Source: Bilabrum cf. latius (taxonomy: Eukaryota). Taken from it: a stretch of DNA of 64,000 nt. Numbering within the stretch: position 1 is the stretch's first letter; each line of letters starts with the position of its first letter. The stretch covers positions 1,364,001 through 1,428,000 of the forward strand of contig OZ237739.1 of the NCBI GenBank assembly GCA_965178125.1. Reading direction: 5' to 3'. Shown in pieces: positions 61,464-64,000 of the stretch. The notes beneath the pieces were generated by a model that was not told the origin of the DNA, did not search any database, and saw only the letters and a program-made list of their open reading frames with translations. The position numbers were made by a program, and so were the translations under genes.

Positions 61464-62080
61464 TCACACCTCGTCCTCGGCGAGAAGCATGTTGGGGATG
61501 CCCTTCGTGATGGGGTACGCGCGGCCGCAGTTTGGGCATACAAGACTACCCTCCTGCACGTGAATCTGCGGAGGGAAAGGACATGCGCAGAACGGGGAGA
61601 AGACCTGTGGGCAACGACGAAAAGAGCTCTGTATTCAACGGCGCGGCATGACGGCTCACATCCATGATCAGCTTGTGCACCGACTTCAAGAACCCTTCAT
61701 CTTTTACTGCTCCATCAGGAATTTTCTCGGGTAGACTGGCTACACCAAGCTCAGCCGCAGTTTTTCGCAGTGCAGCCCAGTCCAACTTCGGGATGAGGCC
61801 CTCGATCAGTTCGGCGTTGAAATCGGTCGCCTCCTGGACAAGCCCCCTCGGGTTGGGAGCAATCTTGAGTGGAAATGAAAGAAGCGTACCATCGGTACGT
61901 CTTGCGGTCGCCAGACAAGCCTGTGATTGGGGATTAAACAGGGCGGCTGGTGTTTAGAGGCAGTGTGCTCCAGCAGTACCCAAGCCAAAAGCGATTTGAC
62001 TATTGATTCGTCGCAAATTACATGGACATGATACTTACTTTGACGTTACATACAAGCATATTGTGGGTAAGTAGGCGCAT
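61464..62080 (-). CDS. TRM112: Methyltransferase activator subunit Trm112
   Basis: Exons 62080-62039, 61920-61660, 61565-61464. [41 protein letters not shown], then TGA. Confidence 0.95.
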
Positions 62081-62195
62081 GGTGTGTTAGTCCTCTATTG
62101 GTCTCAAGTGCAACTTCCCCGTTCTGCCTTTGCAATATAACGTTACCTAAACATTTTAAACCAGACTCGAAGCGATCACAATCTGTGTCTCGTTG

Positions 62196-62822
62196 ATGGC
62201 AGCGACTGCGTCGTCTACCCCTGCAAGTGCAACATCATCAACTTCTTCTAGTGTTCTTGACGAGTTCAAGGAATAGACCTTGAACGATGCCTTAAAGCGA
62301 GGGCACGACGTTGTGTTTCTTGACGTTGCGATTGCCGGCAAGAAAGTAGGCAGAATAAAGATTGAGTTGTTCAACTCAGTGACACCAAAGACAGCAGACA
62401 ACTTTAGACAGTTCTGCACCGGCGAATACAAGAAAGGAGGCCTCCCAATTGGATACAAGGGGAGCAAGTTCCATCGCGTAATCAAGGATTTTATGCTATA
62501 GGGCGGAGATTTCATCAAGGGAAACGGTACGGGGAGCCTATCCATTTATGGCTCGCAATTCGATGACGAGAATTTTAAGCTCAAGCACAAGACCGGTGGG
62601 ATGCTCTCAATGGCAAACACTGGGCCGGGAACGGGCACGAACGGCTGCCAGTTCTTTGTTACCACCGTGCCTTGCGAGTGGCTGGACGGAAAGCACGTAG
62701 TGTTTGGGCGGGTTTTGGACACTGAAAGTATGAAGGTAGTCTCCATGGTGGAGAACATCCCGACGAAGGGCAGGGACGTACCGGTGCATGCCGTAGAAAT
62801 AGTTGAGTGCGGACAGCTGTGA
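62196..62822 (+). CDS. PPIH: Cyclophilin-type peptidyl-prolyl isomerase (cyclophilin H-like)
   Basis: [14 protein letters not shown]...[18 protein letters not shown](TAG 62499)[27 protein letters not shown]. Another TAG at 62274, ending at TGA. Confidence 0.93.
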
Positions 62823-63525
62823 ACTTCGTTGAACATGGTACGAAGGTAGCGAATAGAATGACATACACGAGTATGTCGTAAACTTGGGGCATTGGAGCAT
62901 TGGGTGAGGCGAGGGGTGTTGTGGCTCAATTCTTCCTTTCCCTTCAGGGGCTGATGTTGGTGCTGGGCGAGGAGACCTCCGCTGCCTGTCCCCCCAGCTA
63001 GGGCAACCACGACCGTGACGCTGTGGCAGCACATTGACGTACTTCTTGGCGATAGCTGGTTCCTTATGCGAGGTATCTAAGGATGAATCACGTCAGGAGG
63101 TCCAGAACGCAAGCCAGCCTCGGCTGCGGCCACTGCCGGGAGGGCACGGATCGACGGCTCGGCTTATGTTACGCATCCTGCCCGCCTTTAGACAGCTGCA
63201 GAGATCGACGACCAGACGCACGATGGCGGCTGCGCCGTCAGGCAGCCTGAGGAGAGTTCTCCGAGCAGTGTGGGGCAGCCGCACGCCTGGAAGACCTCTG
63301 GTGGAGAACGAACGGGGCGAATTCCAGCATTACACAACGTCAAAATTGTCACTGGCTGCAATTAATTTCCTGCCCCGCGCGAACAACCACTAACATGTCT
63401 CGCATTAAGAGCCAAGTTGGCAATCATCACCATGGTGCACCGCTGTGAGCGCGCCGTTACCACACAGTAAGCAACGCTGCAAACTAACTAGCACAAACGA
63501 GTGCACCCGAAGCAATTTCAACAGC

Positions 63526-64000
63526 ATGAATTTCCTTAGGGCTGCGGTCAGTGGGAAGAGATAGCGCCTGAAGGATGGCGACTACGACCTGGACTTGACC
63601 TACATTACTGATCGGCTCATTGCAATGGGATTGCCTGCCTTCGGCATGGAGGGGATGTATCGGAACGATGGGACAGAAGTGAGCCGCTTTTTAAGGGAGA
63701 AGCACAGGGATGCAGCTTGGATTTGCAACCTTAGCGAGAGGCTGTACGACAAGGAGCTCTTTGACAATCGCGTGAGCGAGCTAGGTTTCCCGGACCACCA
63801 TTCACCTCCATTAGAAATTGCTTTAGGAAATCTATATGCTACGGAATCATGGCTGAGAGCCGGCGAGGCGAACGTTGTTGTAGTGCACTGCCTAGCCGGC
63901 AAGGGCCGCACAGGCGCGATCCTGGGGGGCTTTCTAGCGATGATAGGCACCTTTGCGTTCGAGCCAGTGCGACCCGTGCCCGGAAAATCCCTGTCCGACT
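63526..64000 (+). CDS. PTEN: PTEN-like phosphatase (5' part; runs off the window)
   Basis: MNFLRAAVSGKR(TAG 63562)RLKDGDYDLDLTYITDRLIAMG.PA...EG.YRN, FPDHHSP, HCLAGKGRTG. Confidence 0.88.

Noticed and set aside
62823-63525. ORF 63034-63393 ending in TAA
   Set aside because: It has a non-ATG start and no recognisable homology, so it is not usable as evidence that TAA is a stop.
1-64000. Mass pseudogenisation or sequencing error as the cause of internal stops
   Set aside because: Internal stops are exclusively TAG, there are no frameshifts in those genes, motifs are intact, and conserved housekeeping genes are affected.
1-64000. TAGs removed by tiny introns, or read as pyrrolysine/Leu/Glu
   Set aside because: Conserved motifs run contiguously across the TAGs, the 13 introns identified are 87-178 nt GT..CAG, and the informative positions match Gln.

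Overview
Gene-dense, GC-rich eukaryotic (protist) nuclear DNA with short GT-AG introns. The main result is a non-standard nuclear genetic code. About 50 in-frame TAG codons interrupt otherwise intact genes, several at conserved glutamines (cyclophilin FML*GGDF, ESF2 AELS*AKRD, PDE NAF*VA, and inside a CAG poly-Q run). All 19 genes whose 3' end is in the window terminate at TGA, and I found TAA neither as a sense codon nor as a terminator. The code therefore looks like UAG=Gln, with UAA decoupled or unused. Read this way, the fragmented ORF track collapses into 21 genes: ABCC transporter, SEN1/Upf1-like helicase, sideroflexin, NYN/Regnase-like RNase, aminopeptidase N, a ~2690-aa TPR protein, U2SURP, a ~3000-aa soluble adenylyl cyclase-NTPase-PH-C2-phosphodiesterase fusion, five tandem CCCH-zinc-finger/vWA genes in two cassette-like variants, a BIRC6-like E2 preceded by a decayed copy of the array's zinc-finger module, Yippee, ESF2, a putative secreted protein, a TBC1D19-like GAP, TRM112, cyclophilin H and PTEN. 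A stramenopile-like heterotrophic flagellate is only my guess from gene style. All family assignments come from motif recognition, not database searches.
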